Assembly: GCA_963813535.1 (NCBI GenBank)
Contig: CAWEZH010000002.1
Location: forward strand, 64,001 to 128,000
Origin: an uncultured Chloroflexia bacterium
GTDB taxonomy: Bacteria; Chloroflexota; Limnocylindria; Limnocylindrales; CSP1-4
Length of the DNA stretch: 64,000 bases
Direction of reading: 5' to 3'
The translations under genes were made by a program, and so were the position numbers. The notes below the pieces were generated by a model, which saw only the letters and a list, made by a program, of their open reading frames with translations, searched no databases and was not told the origin of the DNA. The first letter of the stretch is position 1. Each line of letters starts with the position of its first letter. Of this stretch, positions 42,797 through 52,974 are shown piece after piece.

Positions 42797-43378
42797 ATGT
42801 CGGGCGCGGCCGAAACACCTGCGCCCGGGGTCGATATGGCCCTCGCCGGCATCACCGAGCTCGGCATCGACATCATCAAGGTCGGGCGCATCCGAGCGTC
42901 GCTCGAGCGGTTCGGCTCGCGTTTCTCGAACCGCGTGCTGACACCCGCCGAGCAGCGCTACGTGCGCGGCCGGCCCGAGACCATGGCCGGACGGTGGGCC
43001 GCCAAGGAAGCGGTCTCCAAGGTGCTCGGGCTCGGCGTGCGCGGCATCGGCTGGCGCGACATCGAGATCGAGCGCTTGCCGACCGGCCAGCCCGCCGTCC
43101 GCCTGCATGGTCGCGCCCAGGCGCGCGCTGAGCAGCTCGGCATGGGCCGCATCGCCGTCACCATCAGTCACGAGTCTGACTACGCGGTGGCGATGGCGTT
43201 CGGGATCCGGACCACCGCCGGTCGCTATCTCTTCCCGCCGGACATCGAGGACCGGCTCGACGATCGGGAGCGCCGCATCCTCGCCCGGATCGAGCACCTC
43301 CGCGACCTGGCCGAATCGAACGGCGCCGCCTCACTCGCCTCTGACGCCCCAGCCGCCGGAGTCTCGGACGATGCCTGA
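42797..43378 (+). CDS. acpS: Holo-ACP synthase
   Basis: LGIDII, AGRWAAKEAVSK, TISHE; start may be 42836. Confidence 0.93.
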   Translation: MSGAAETPAPGVDMALAGITELGIDIIKVGRIRASLERFGSRFSNRVLTPAEQRYVRGRPETMAGRWAAKEAVSKVLGLGVRGIGWRDIEIERLPTGQPAVRLHGRAQARAEQLGMGRIAVTISHESDYAVAMAFGIRTTAGRYLFPPDIEDRLDDRERRILARIEHLRDLAESNGAASLASDAPAAGVSDDA

Positions 43379-44465
43379 GCGCCGGGCCGTCGGCTTCGGG
43401 CGTGGTGCGGACTCGGCACCGGCCGGCGCTGGCTCGGCCGACGAACGACCCTGGCCGGAGGGCGTCCCGAAGCTCGACGAGGACGCCGCGATCGCCCTGC
43501 TGCCGAAGCGCCCGGCCCGCGGGCACAAGGGCTCCTTCGGGAAGCTGTTGGCGATCTGCGGGTCGCTCGACTACGCCGGCGCGGCACTGCTCGTCTGTCG
43601 CGCGGCCGGTCGAACCGGGGTCGGGCTCGTGACGCTGGCGGTGCCGGAGACGCTCCAGCCACTCTTCGCTGCGAAGGTCGTCGAGGCGACGACGATGGCG
43701 CTGCCCGAGGACGATGTCGAGGAGATCGACCCGGAACCGGCCCTCGCGCGCATCCTCGATCACGAACACGATGCGCTGGTGGTGGGGCCCGGGCTCCGGC
43801 CGGGTCTGGCGACCGCCGAGCTCGTGCGCCTGCTGATGGACCCGGCCGGCGAGGAGCGCCCCTCGGTCGTCCTCGACGCCGAGGCGCTGCGCTCGCTCGC
43901 GTCGATGGATGGCTGGTGGGAAGGCGAACGACGCGCAGCCGTCCTGACGCCCCATGCCGGTGAGTTCAGCCGATTGCGCGCAGGGAGTGGGGTCGCCCCT
44001 GACGCGGACGGTGACCTGATCGACGACGACATGGCGCGTGTCGCGGCGGCCAGGGACGCTGCGGCGACCTGGCGGCAGGTCGTGGTGCTCAAGGGCGCAC
44101 GGACCGTCATCGCCGCGCCGGAGGGGGACGTGGTCGTCGCACCGTTCGAGAACCCGGCCCTCGCGAGCGGGGGCACGGGCGACGTGCTGGCCGGCGCCAT
44201 CGGATCGCTGCTGGCGCAGGGGCTGACGCCGTTCGGCGCCGCCAAGCTCGGGGTGTACCTGCATGGTCTGGCGGGCGATGGCGCCCGTGAGCGGTTCGGC
44301 GACGCCGGTGTCCTGGCCTCGGACCTGCCGGAGGGCCTGGCGATCGCTCGTCGGCGGTTGACGACCATCGCCGAGCGGCACTCGCCGGACAAGCGCCTCG
44401 GCTTCCGGGTCCGCGAACCGTCCGAACCCCCGAAGGAACAGGAAGCGGACGCCGCGCGGGCGTGA
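43371..44465 (+). CDS. nnrD: ADP-dependent NAD(P)H-hydrate dehydratase (no epimerase domain)
   Basis: HKGSFG, VGPGL, LTPHAGEF, VLKGA, LASGGTGDVLAG. Confidence 0.92.
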   Translation: MPERRAVGFGRGADSAPAGAGSADERPWPEGVPKLDEDAAIALLPKRPARGHKGSFGKLLAICGSLDYAGAALLVCRAAGRTGVGLVTLAVPETLQPLFAAKVVEATTMALPEDDVEEIDPEPALARILDHEHDALVVGPGLRPGLATAELVRLLMDPAGEERPSVVLDAEALRSLASMDGWWEGERRAAVLTPHAGEFSRLRAGSGVAPDADGDLIDDDMARVAAARDAAATWRQVVVLKGARTVIAAPEGDVVVAPFENPALASGGTGDVLAGAIGSLLAQGLTPFGAAKLGVYLHGLAGDGARERFGDAGVLASDLPEGLAIARRRLTTIAERHSPDKRLGFRVREPSEPPKEQEADAARA

Positions 44466-44493
44466 GCGCGGCGACATCCGGGCCCTGCCACCG

Positions 44494-45748
44494 ATGACGG
44501 TGGTGGCCCGCCCCTCGATCGAGGCGCGTTTGGCGGAGGCCGGGCTGCCGCCGCTCCCCCGGATGGCGTGGCTGGAGCTCGATCTCGACGCGCTGCGCGG
44601 CAACCTCGCGTCACTTCGCAGCCTCGCCGCGGGCGCGCCGGTGCATCCGGTCGTGAAAGGCGACGCCTACGGTCACGGGGCGATCCCGATCGCCCGTGCG
44701 CTCGCGGACGCCGGTGCCGACGGTCTCTGCGTGGCGACCCTCGACGAGGCGCTCGAGCTGCGCGAGGCCGGCATCGACCTGCCGATCAGGGTCATGTACC
44801 CGATCCCGCCGGACACGGCCGGGGAGGCCATCCGCAACCGGGTCACGGTCGCGGTCGGGGACGGTTCGACCATCGGCGCCCTGCTGGCGGCCGCGTCGCG
44901 GGTCGAGGAACGCGGAGCCGGCGATGGCGAGCTTCTCGTCGAGATCGAGATCGAGACCGGCATGGGGCGCGGCGGGACGCCGCTCTCGGACGTGCCCGGG
45001 CTCGTCGATCGAAATCGACGCGACATCAGGTGTCCGTCTGACCGGTCTCTGGACGCATCTCCAGGCCAGCGAAGACGAGACGAACACGGCGGGGCAGCTC
45101 GAGCGCTTCGAGGCGGCATCGCGCGCGATCACGGGGAGCGGCCGGGACACGCCGCAGCGGCACGTGGCCGCCAGCGGCGGCCTGCTCACCGGGGTCGCCG
45201 GGTTCGACGGCGTGCGACCCGGCCTGTCGACCTACGGGATCGTGCCCGACGAGCTCGGCGATCGGCCGCTGCGCGGTCCGGGTCGCGACGGCTTCCGCCC
45301 CGTCATGTCCCTGCGCGCCCGTCCGGTGCGGGTCGCGGAGCTGCCGGCGGGTCACGGCGTCAGCTACGGGCCGACCTTCACGACGTCCCGTCCGAGCCGG
45401 ATCGCGACCCTCCCGCTCGGCTACGGCGACGGCTACGCTCGCGCGCACGCCCATCAGGGGCAGGCGCTGATCCGCGGCCTCCGTGTTCCCATCGTCGGGA
45501 ACATCACGATGGACGCGATCATGGTCGATGTCACGGACGTTCCCGGTGCCCCGGTCGATCTCGCCGACGAGTTCGTCCTGCTCGGAACACAGGGTGACGA
45601 GCGCATCTCCATCGAGGGGCTGGCGCAGCAGCGCACCACCAACACCTGGGAGGTCGCGACCTCGATGTCCGGTCGACTACCCCGGGTGTACCATGCCGCG
45701 ACCGGAGCGGTGGTGGGTCTGCGGACACTCACGCGGTGGAGAGGGTAG
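44494..45748 (+). CDS. alr: Alanine racemase, apparent +1 frameshift near 45012
   Basis: VVKGDAYGHG, ETGMGRGG in first frame; WTHL, RPG, GVSYG, GYGDG, TMD in second; deleting one A of CGAAATCG joins them. Confidence 0.9.
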
Positions 45749-46305
45749 TGGCACGGATCGAGCTCTGGAACGGGGACATCTGCGACCTCGAGGTCGACGC
45801 ACTCGTGAACCCGGCGAACGTCTCGCTGTGGATGTCGACGGGCGTCTCGGGGGCGATCAAGCGCGCCGGCGGCGATGCGATCGAATTCGCCGCGGTGCGG
45901 CAGGCGCCTGTGCCCCTCGGTGAGGCGATCGTCACGCCCAGCGGCACGCTGGCGGCCAAGGCCGTCATCCATGCGGTCTCGCTCGACCGCGAACGCCGCA
46001 CGAGCGGCCCGGTCATCGAGTCGGCGGTGCGCAGCGCCATGGCGCGGGCCCGCGAGATCGGCGCGACCAGCATCGCCTTCCCGGCGCTCGGGACCGGCGT
46101 CGGCGGGTTCCCGCTCGAGGAGTCGGCGCGGATCACCATCGAGACCGTCCGCGACGAGCTGGCGCGCTCACCCGACATCGAGCACGTGACGTTCGCCCTC
46201 CGTGGTGGCGCCGCGTACCAGGCGTTCGAGGCCGCCCTCGGCCGGACCGTGTCCGCTCAGGGCCACACGCCGACCGCCCAGTCGATCGTCAGCGGTGCAT
46301 GGTGA
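45748..46305 (+). CDS. Macro domain (ADP-ribose-binding) protein
   Basis: GDI, VNPAN, VIHAV, SIAFPALGTGVGGF. Confidence 0.9.
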   Translation: MARIELWNGDICDLEVDALVNPANVSLWMSTGVSGAIKRAGGDAIEFAAVRQAPVPLGEAIVTPSGTLAAKAVIHAVSLDRERRTSGPVIESAVRSAMARAREIGATSIAFPALGTGVGGFPLEESARITIETVRDELARSPDIEHVTFALRGGAAYQAFEAALGRTVSAQGHTPTAQSIVSGAW

Positions 46306-46592
46306 CGTTCCAGATCGAACCGGCCGAGGAAGCGCGAAACGAGCTCGTCGAGCAGGTCGCCCGGGAGATCCAGTTGCGCGGACTGACGTCGTCGGCCGTC
46401 CATTTCCTGGAAGCGAGCCGTCCGTACCGCGCCCTCGGCGCCAATGCCATGCTCTTCTTCGATCCGGTCCTGCGCGGCGTGTTCGGCGGCGACCTCGCCT
46501 CCGCGACGGAGATCCTCGCCGACGACACCGGCATCGAGCTGCTCATCGCGCGGCTCGAGGAGCTCGACGACGAGCTCGTCTGGGACGGCTGA
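46299..46592 (+). CDS. Small hypothetical protein (97 aa)
   Basis: Overlaps macro stop; native codon bias; helical with one hydrophobic stretch. Confidence 0.75.
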   Translation: MVTFQIEPAEEARNELVEQVAREIQLRGLTSSAVHFLEASRPYRALGANAMLFFDPVLRGVFGGDLASATEILADDTGIELLIARLEELDDELVWDG

Positions 46593-46655
46593 ACCGACCC
46601 GACTGACCATCCGACTCCGGCGGCCGGTCGAGCCCACTCCGGGTAGCATCTGACG

Positions 46656-48278
46656 GTGACGACCCAACCCCACGCCTTCCTGACGATCGACCACGGGTCG
46701 GCGACCGTGTCGGTGGCCCTGATCGGCCGGGCAGGCGGCGCGTGGCGGCTCATCGGCAACCTGGCGATCCCCACGGACGCCGAGCTCGATCCCGCCATCG
46801 ACCTGCTCATCGCCCGCACGATCGCGGCCGACGCACGCGTGGCCGCGGGCCTCGGCATCGTGGGTCTCGACCGGGACGCACTGCCGGTCCTCGAGGTGCG
46901 GAGCCGCCGGCCGCGGCGACTGGCGGTGGTCGCGGGCTCCGAGCGGACGCTCAGCGGGCTCCTCGCGACCGCCGGGCGCAGCGGGTGGCGCGCGTCCGGG
47001 GGAAGCACGGAGACGACGGATCCACTGGCGATGACCCGGCTCCTTCTCGACCGGACGGTCGAGGCGATCGTCGTCGGCGCCGGTGATCCGCCGCGTGGGG
47101 ACGAGCGCAGCGGGATCCGTGAGCTGGCGACGCTCGTCGCGGCCGCGGCGACGCGGCGGCCCGATGTGCCGGTCGTCCTGTCCGGGTCGATGTCGGAGGC
47201 GCTTGACGTCTTCGGCGATGTGGGTGCGCGTCCCGGCGAGATCGTGCTTGCGCCGGCCGCCCGACGCACGACCGGCGCCGTTGATGCCGACGCCCCCGAT
47301 CCGCTCGCCGACCTGCTCCTCGAGCTGGCGCTGCCCGCCGACGACCCGCGGCGCGCCCTCGGCACCGGCACGCGGACCCTGGCCGAGCTGCTCGACCGGC
47401 GGGTCGATGCGATCGTGCTCGGTCACGACGCGGCGGCCCGAGCCGTGGCCGTACCAGGGCAGGGCGGGCAGCCATCGACCGTGCGGCTGGCCGTCGTCCC
47501 GGATGCCGCCGTGGCCCCGGACGAACCCGACGATGCCGTCGTCGACGGTGTCATCGCGTGGTCGACGGCGCCGACCGACCGCCATCGTCTGCGCGATCGA
47601 CTCCGTGAGCTCCGCATCGCCCCGTGGTCGGATCCGGCGGGTGATGGTGCGGCGCTTCGGATGGCTGCCGCTCGGGCGGCACTGGTCCGACTGGCGAGCG
47701 CCACGTCACACTTCGACGACGGCCCGGTGCCTGACCTGATCGTCGCCGCCAGCGGGGTATGGACATCGGTCCCGGCGCCGGCGGTGGCGCTCGCCCACAT
47801 CGATGTCCTGCGCCGGCCGGGTGCCAGCCAGTACGCCCTGGACCATGCCCGGCTCCTCGGCCCGTTGGGGGCGATCCCGGACGCCGGCGAGCGACGCGTG
47901 CTGCTGATGGACCTCGTCGACGACCTGCTGGCGCCGCTCGGCAGTGTCGTGACACCCGCCGGGCTTCGCGCAGGCAAGTCGATCGGCAGCGTCCTCGTCC
48001 ACGCCCCGGACGGCACGAACGAGCTGGAGCTCACGCCGGGCGGCCTCGAGCTGGTCGACCTCCCGCCGGGCTCCACCGCAGTCGCCGAGTTCAAGTTCCG
48101 CGATCGCGTCCGGCTGGGTGGCCGCGGCCGCCATTTCGCCATCGACGTGGCCGGCGGTCTCGCGGGACTGATGGTCGACCTGCGCGACGTCCCGCTGCGC
48201 CTGCCCGATCGCGCCGATCGCCGGCGCGACCTGCTGGCGGCGTGGCAGTCGTCGCTCTGGGCGGGCTCCGACGGATGA
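46656..48278 (+). CDS. GlmL/MutL (glutamate mutase L)-like actin-fold protein
   Basis: FLTIDHGSAT resembles the ASKHA phosphate-1 loop; C-terminal GGLAGLMVDLRDVPLRLP recalls GlmL-like proteins (from memory). Confidence 0.6.
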   Translation: MTTQPHAFLTIDHGSATVSVALIGRAGGAWRLIGNLAIPTDAELDPAIDLLIARTIAADARVAAGLGIVGLDRDALPVLEVRSRRPRRLAVVAGSERTLSGLLATAGRSGWRASGGSTETTDPLAMTRLLLDRTVEAIVVGAGDPPRGDERSGIRELATLVAAAATRRPDVPVVLSGSMSEALDVFGDVGARPGEIVLAPAARRTTGAVDADAPDPLADLLLELALPADDPRRALGTGTRTLAELLDRRVDAIVLGHDAAARAVAVPGQGGQPSTVRLAVVPDAAVAPDEPDDAVVDGVIAWSTAPTDRHRLRDRLRELRIAPWSDPAGDGAALRMAAARAALVRLASATSHFDDGPVPDLIVAASGVWTSVPAPAVALAHIDVLRRPGASQYALDHARLLGPLGAIPDAGERRVLLMDLVDDLLAPLGSVVTPAGLRAGKSIGSVLVHAPDGTNELELTPGGLELVDLPPGSTAVAEFKFRDRVRLGGRGRHFAIDVAGGLAGLMVDLRDVPLRLPDRADRRRDLLAAWQSSLWAGSDG

Positions 48279-49321
48279 CCGAGGGCAACGGACACGTCCC
48301 GGACGGAGCGCCGGGTGCGCCCCCGGTGCTCGAGCCGGCGCACATCGAGGCGGTTCCCGTCGAGCCGCGACTGGACCTGGGCGTCGTCCGCGTCCGGCGC
48401 CTCCTCGAGGGACCCGTGGAGGTCACGTTCCCGCTTTCTCCGGGTGACCGTGCCCTGGTCGCCGCCGGGGAGTCGGTCGTGCCCGGCGCGCCGATCATCG
48501 AGCGGATCCGCGACCCACAGCTGAACGATGTCGTCGTGCCGCCCTCGTCGGAGCCGGCGCCCGGCGGCCGGATCCCGGACGGGGAACTGCTGTTCGAGTG
48601 GCGCGGTCGCTGGCGCGTGGCCACCGGCGAGGTCACCGAGGCGTTGGACAGCCCGGTCGCCGGCATCGTCAAGGAGGTTCGGCCGGGGGGTGGCGTCGTG
48701 GTTCGCGCCACCGGTCGCGGTCTGCGGGCGATCGTCACCCTTGGCGGCCCGACACGCGGCAAGCTGCACGTGGCGTCCTGGGTGGAGGGCGAGCTGCGCA
48801 GCGGCTCGGTCGATGTCGGCCTTGCCGGCAGGATCCTCGTCGTCGGGTCGCGCATCGACGCCGAGACCCTCACCCGGGCACGGGCGATGGGCGTTCGCGG
48901 CATCATCGTCGCCGGCCTGGCCAGCAAGGAGCGACGCGACTTCCTCGCCTCGGAGAACCGCCAGAAGGCGGCCCTCCATCGACTGCCGCCGTTCGCCGTC
49001 CTGGTGCTCGAAGGTGCCGTCCGGCGGCCGTTGGCCGGCCCGGTGATGGACATCCTCGAGGCGCTGGAGGGGCAGGACGTGGCCATCGTCGCCGACCCCC
49101 CGACGCTGGTCTTCGACCTGCCCGAGCTCGACATCCCGCCACCCCGACCCGACCACATCCGGATCCGCGCCGGGCAGCTCAGCGGGCGGGAGGGCACGTG
49201 GGCCGGGCTCGTCGGTCCGCGGCGGTTCACCGGTGGGGTGCACCTCGAAGCAGGCACGGTCCGCTTCGATGACGGCTCGATCGTCGCGGTCCCGCTCGGC
49301 GACCTCGAACGGTTCGCGTGA
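48275..49321 (+). CDS. Hypothetical protein with barrel-sandwich-hybrid-like segments
   Basis: ATG overlaps upstream stop; LVAAGESVVPGAPI and LDSPVAGIVKEV segments; Rossmann-like ARAMGVRGIIVAGL; KOW-like C-terminus. Confidence 0.7.
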   Translation: MTEGNGHVPDGAPGAPPVLEPAHIEAVPVEPRLDLGVVRVRRLLEGPVEVTFPLSPGDRALVAAGESVVPGAPIIERIRDPQLNDVVVPPSSEPAPGGRIPDGELLFEWRGRWRVATGEVTEALDSPVAGIVKEVRPGGGVVVRATGRGLRAIVTLGGPTRGKLHVASWVEGELRSGSVDVGLAGRILVVGSRIDAETLTRARAMGVRGIIVAGLASKERRDFLASENRQKAALHRLPPFAVLVLEGAVRRPLAGPVMDILEALEGQDVAIVADPPTLVFDLPELDIPPPRPDHIRIRAGQLSGREGTWAGLVGPRRFTGGVHLEAGTVRFDDGSIVAVPLGDLERFA

Positions 49322-49800
49322 TCGACGTGGTCACGTCCGGCGTCGACGAGCGTGTCGTCGTCAGCCCCGATCCCGACGCGACGACACGGCTCGGCGAGGC
49401 GCTCGGTCGGGTCGCGCAGGCTGGTGACCTCATCTGCCTGTGGGGCGACCTCGGAGCCGGCAAGACGCACCTTGCCAAGGCATTCGGGGCGGCGCTCGGG
49501 GTGACCGACATCATCGCCTCGCCGAGCTTCATCCTCATGGCCGAGTACGAGGGTCGATCGCCGCTCTTCCACATCGATCCGTACCGCCTCGTCAGCGCCG
49601 AGGACGCCCTTGCCGGCGGTCTCATCGACGAGCGGCAGGCGGCCGGCGTCACCCTCGTCGAATGGCCGGAGCGGCTCGGCGACGCGCTGCCGATCGACCG
49701 ACTCGACGTCCGCATCGATGGGACCGGCGACGAGCCACGGACGATCACCCTCACGGCCTGGGCGCCACGATATCGGCGCTACATCGAGGCGGCCTCGTGA
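49318..49800 (+). CDS. tsaE: t6A biosynthesis ATPase TsaE
   Basis: GDLGAGKT, SPSF, HIDPYRL, VEWPE. Confidence 0.95.
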   Translation: MIDVVTSGVDERVVVSPDPDATTRLGEALGRVAQAGDLICLWGDLGAGKTHLAKAFGAALGVTDIIASPSFILMAEYEGRSPLFHIDPYRLVSAEDALAGGLIDERQAAGVTLVEWPERLGDALPIDRLDVRIDGTGDEPRTITLTAWAPRYRRYIEAAS

Positions 49801-50477
49801 GTGGCCACGACGGCCGCCGTCCTGCGATCCTCGCGATCGACACGGCCACGACCCGTGTCGTGATCGCCACAGGATCGCCGGATGGCGTCGCGGACGGCAT
49901 CTCGACATGGGCGGCCGGCTATCGCCATGGCGAGACGCTGCTCCCCTCCATCGGCCGGTTCCTCGGCGAGCAGAACATCCGCCGCTCCCGGTTGACGGGG
50001 ATCGTCGTCGGCACCGGTCCGGGTGCGTTCACGGGTCTGCGCGTCGGCCTCGCCACGGCGAAGGGGATGGCCCACGGGCTCCGGATCCCGCTCGTCGGGG
50101 TGCCGACCGGGGAGGCGCTGCTCGCGGCGAGCGGACTCGCCCACCCCGTGCTGCTGCTGCCGGCCGGCCCGTCGGACCGCATCCTCGTCAGGCCCGGCAG
50201 GCGGCCCGAGCCACTGCCGGCCGGACTGGAGGCGGAGATCGAGGATGGCGAGACCCTCGTCGCCCTGGATCTGGAGGGACGCGCCCCGGCCGATGCCCTC
50301 GCGCGCGGCGAGGCGGCCCACGCCCGGCTCGGCCACGAGCTCATCCGCCTGGGTGCGGAGCGCCTGCGCGCGGCGGGGTCCTCCGAGCTCGAGACCCTCG
50401 TCCCCGACTACGTCACCTTGCCGCGCGGCGTCCGCACGGCCGACGGATCCGTCGCATGGTCGCGCGACCACCGGTGA
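49797..50477 (+). CDS. tsaB: t6A biosynthesis protein TsaB
   Basis: LAIDTAT, GPGAFTGLRVG. Confidence 0.93.
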   Translation: MSGHDGRRPAILAIDTATTRVVIATGSPDGVADGISTWAAGYRHGETLLPSIGRFLGEQNIRRSRLTGIVVGTGPGAFTGLRVGLATAKGMAHGLRIPLVGVPTGEALLAASGLAHPVLLLPAGPSDRILVRPGRRPEPLPAGLEAEIEDGETLVALDLEGRAPADALARGEAAHARLGHELIRLGAERLRAAGSSELETLVPDYVTLPRGVRTADGSVAWSRDHR

Positions 50478-51010
50478 GGATCGTCATCGAGCCGATGGGG
50501 CTCGATGACCTCCCAGCCGTCCAGGCGATCGAGCAGTCCAGCTTCACGGCGCCGTGGCCGCCCCACGCGTACCGCAGCGAGCTCGAATCGAACCGTCTGG
50601 CGCACTATCTCGTCGCTCGCGCCGGTGAGGCGGTGACCGCCTATGGCGGGATGTGGCTGATGGTCGACGAGGCGCACATCACGACCTTCGCCGTGCATCC
50701 CGCCTGGCGCCGCCAGCGGATCGGCGAGCGGCTGTTGCTGGCGTTCCTCGACATCGCGACCGAGTTGGGTGCCAACGAGGCGACCCTCGAGGTCCGGCTG
50801 TCCAACCTCGCCGCACGTGCCCTTTACGAGAAATACGGTTTCCGACCCGTCGGCCTCCGCCCGCGCTACTACAGCGACGACCAGGAGGACGCCCTCATCA
50901 TGACCACGCTGCCGCTCGGCGAGCCCGCGATGCGAGAGCGGATCGATCGGCTCCGCGTCGAGCTCGATGCATCGCCGGCACCGACGGAACCCGACGGGGG
51001 ATCGTCGTGA
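50474..51010 (+). CDS. rimI: Ribosomal protein S18 alanine N-acetyltransferase
   Basis: DEAHIT, RRQRIG, LEVRLSN, RPRYY. Confidence 0.93.
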   Translation: MRIVIEPMGLDDLPAVQAIEQSSFTAPWPPHAYRSELESNRLAHYLVARAGEAVTAYGGMWLMVDEAHITTFAVHPAWRRQRIGERLLLAFLDIATELGANEATLEVRLSNLAARALYEKYGFRPVGLRPRYYSDDQEDALIMTTLPLGEPAMRERIDRLRVELDASPAPTEPDGGSS

Positions 51011-52081
51011 GCGGCCCGCTCCTGCTTTCCATCGAGTCGTCCTGCGACGAGACCGGGATCGCCGTCATCGAGGGTGGCCGTCGGATCCTCAGTAACGTGG
51101 TGGCGTCGCAGGTCGCGCTGCACGCGCCGACCGGGGGGATCGTCCCCGAACTCGCGGCCCGGGCGCACCTGCGCTGGATCGTGCCGACCCTCGATGAGGC
51201 GTGGGCCGGAGCCGGTGTCGAGTGGCGTGACATCGACGCGATCGCCGTCACGTACGGGCCGGGTCTTGCCGGCTCGCTGTTGGTCGGCATCAACTTCGCG
51301 AAGGCGCTGTCATGGGTCCATGACACCCCGCTCATCGGCGTGAACCACCTGGAGGGTCACGTGTACGCGGCGTGGCTGCTCGATCCCGGCGAGGACGAGA
51401 GCGACCAAGGTCGAGCCGATCTTCCCGCTCGTTGCGCTGGTCGTGTCGGGCGGCCACACGTTCCTCGCCGAGATGACCGACCACCTCACGTACCGGCTCC
51501 TCGGCACGACCGTCGACGACGCGGCCGGCGAGGCGTTCGACAAGGTCGGACGACTGCTCGGCCTCGGCTATCCGGGCGGGCCGGCCATCCAGAAGGCCGC
51601 CGAAGGTGCGACCAGCCGCGATGTGCGCTTCCCGCGGGCCTGGATGGGCGACTCGTACGACCTCAGCTTCTCGGGGCTGAAGACCGCTGCACGGAAGATC
51701 GTGAACGACGCCCGAACCGCCGAGGGCATCGCGCCGGACGATTCCGAGACACCGCTGAGCGACACCACGACCGCGGAACTGGCATGGGGCTTCCAGGACG
51801 CCGTCGTCGACGTGCTCGCGACGAAGGCAGCGCGTGCCGCGCGCGAGATCGGCGCCCGCTCGATCGTGCTCGGCGGGGGTGTCGCCGCGAACAGCTGCCT
51901 CCGCGAGCGACTGGCCGGCGAGGCCGACGGTCTGGGCATCCCGCTGATCGTCCCGCGGCCCGGCCTGTGCACCGACAACGGGGCGATGATCGGCGCCGCC
52001 GGCGCGCGACGCTTCGAGGCCGGCGAACGAGCGCGGCTCGACCTCGATGCCCGGCCCTCGCTGCCGCTCGCCAGACGCTGA
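51007..52081 (+). CDS. tsaD: t6A synthase TsaD, apparent +1 frameshift near 51397
   Basis: IESSCDET, GPGLAGSL, NHLEGH in first frame; VSGGHT, DDAAGEAFDK, CTDNGAMI in second. Confidence 0.93.
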
Positions 52082-52089
52082 GGGCGGTC

Positions 52090-52974
52090 GTGAGCGCCTC
52101 CGCCGCGATCGATCCGGCCCAGGTCCGGGCGACGCTGCGGGCTGCCGGGCTACGCGCCCGCCACGCCCTCTCGCAGAACTTCCTCGCCGATGCTGATGTG
52201 CTGTCGGGCATCCTCGACGAGGCCGCGCCGGAACCAGGCAGCGGCGTGCTGGAGATCGGCCCCGGTCTGGGCCTCCTCACGGGGGGCCTGCTCGAGTCCG
52301 GCGCTGCCGTGACGGCCGTGGAGCTGGACGCCGGTTTGGCCGGGTTCCTGCGGGACCGGTTGGCGGGACCCATCGAGGACGGCCAGCTGCGTCTCGTCGA
52401 GGGCGACGCGCTCGATCAGGACCTCGTCCGGCTGGTCGCGCCACCGTACGACGTGGTCGCGAACCTGCCGTATCACATCACGTCGCCGATCCTGCACGCG
52501 CTGCTCGGCCAAGCACCGCGGCCCCGTCGCCTGGTGCTCATGGTCCAACGTGAGGTCGCGGAACGGATCGCGGCCCCGCCCGGGAAGATGAGCTACCTGT
52601 CCGTCTTCGTGCAGTACCACGCCCGAGTGCACGTCGCGTTTCGCGTCCCGCCCGAGGCCTTCGAGCCGGAGCCGGCCGTGGAGTCGGCGGTCATCGTGGT
52701 GGAGCCCTACGACACGGACGACCGCCTCGGCCCGGACGAGGAGGACGAGCTGTGGCGGCTGGTCCAGGCGGCCTTCCGCGAGCGACGCAAGATGATCCAC
52801 AACGTGCTGAGCCGCCAGCTGCCGGTCGACGCTCCGCGCGTCGATGCTGCGCTGGCAGCGGCCGGCATCGCGCCCGACCGCCGGCCGCAGACGCTGGCGG
52901 TCGGCGAGTGGCTCGCGCTGCGCGAACTCCTGGCGCCCATCGGCCACGATCGACGCGGGCGGTCAGCACCATGA
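52090..52974 (+). CDS. rsmA: 16S rRNA dimethyladenosine methyltransferase
   Basis: SQNFL, LEIGPGLG, ANLPY, MVQREVA. Confidence 0.95.
   Translation: MSASAAIDPAQVRATLRAAGLRARHALSQNFLADADVLSGILDEAAPEPGSGVLEIGPGLGLLTGGLLESGAAVTAVELDAGLAGFLRDRLAGPIEDGQLRLVEGDALDQDLVRLVAPPYDVVANLPYHITSPILHALLGQAPRPRRLVLMVQREVAERIAAPPGKMSYLSVFVQYHARVHVAFRVPPEAFEPEPAVESAVIVVEPYDTDDRLGPDEEDELWRLVQAAFRERRKMIHNVLSRQLPVDAPRVDAALAAAGIAPDRRPQTLAVGEWLALRELLAPIGHDRRGRSAP

Noticed and set aside
50653-52974. 773-aa ORF resembling a TsaD-RsmA fusion
   Set aside because: Artefact of the tsaD frameshift; the middle is off-frame nonsense and rsmA has its own GTG at 52090.
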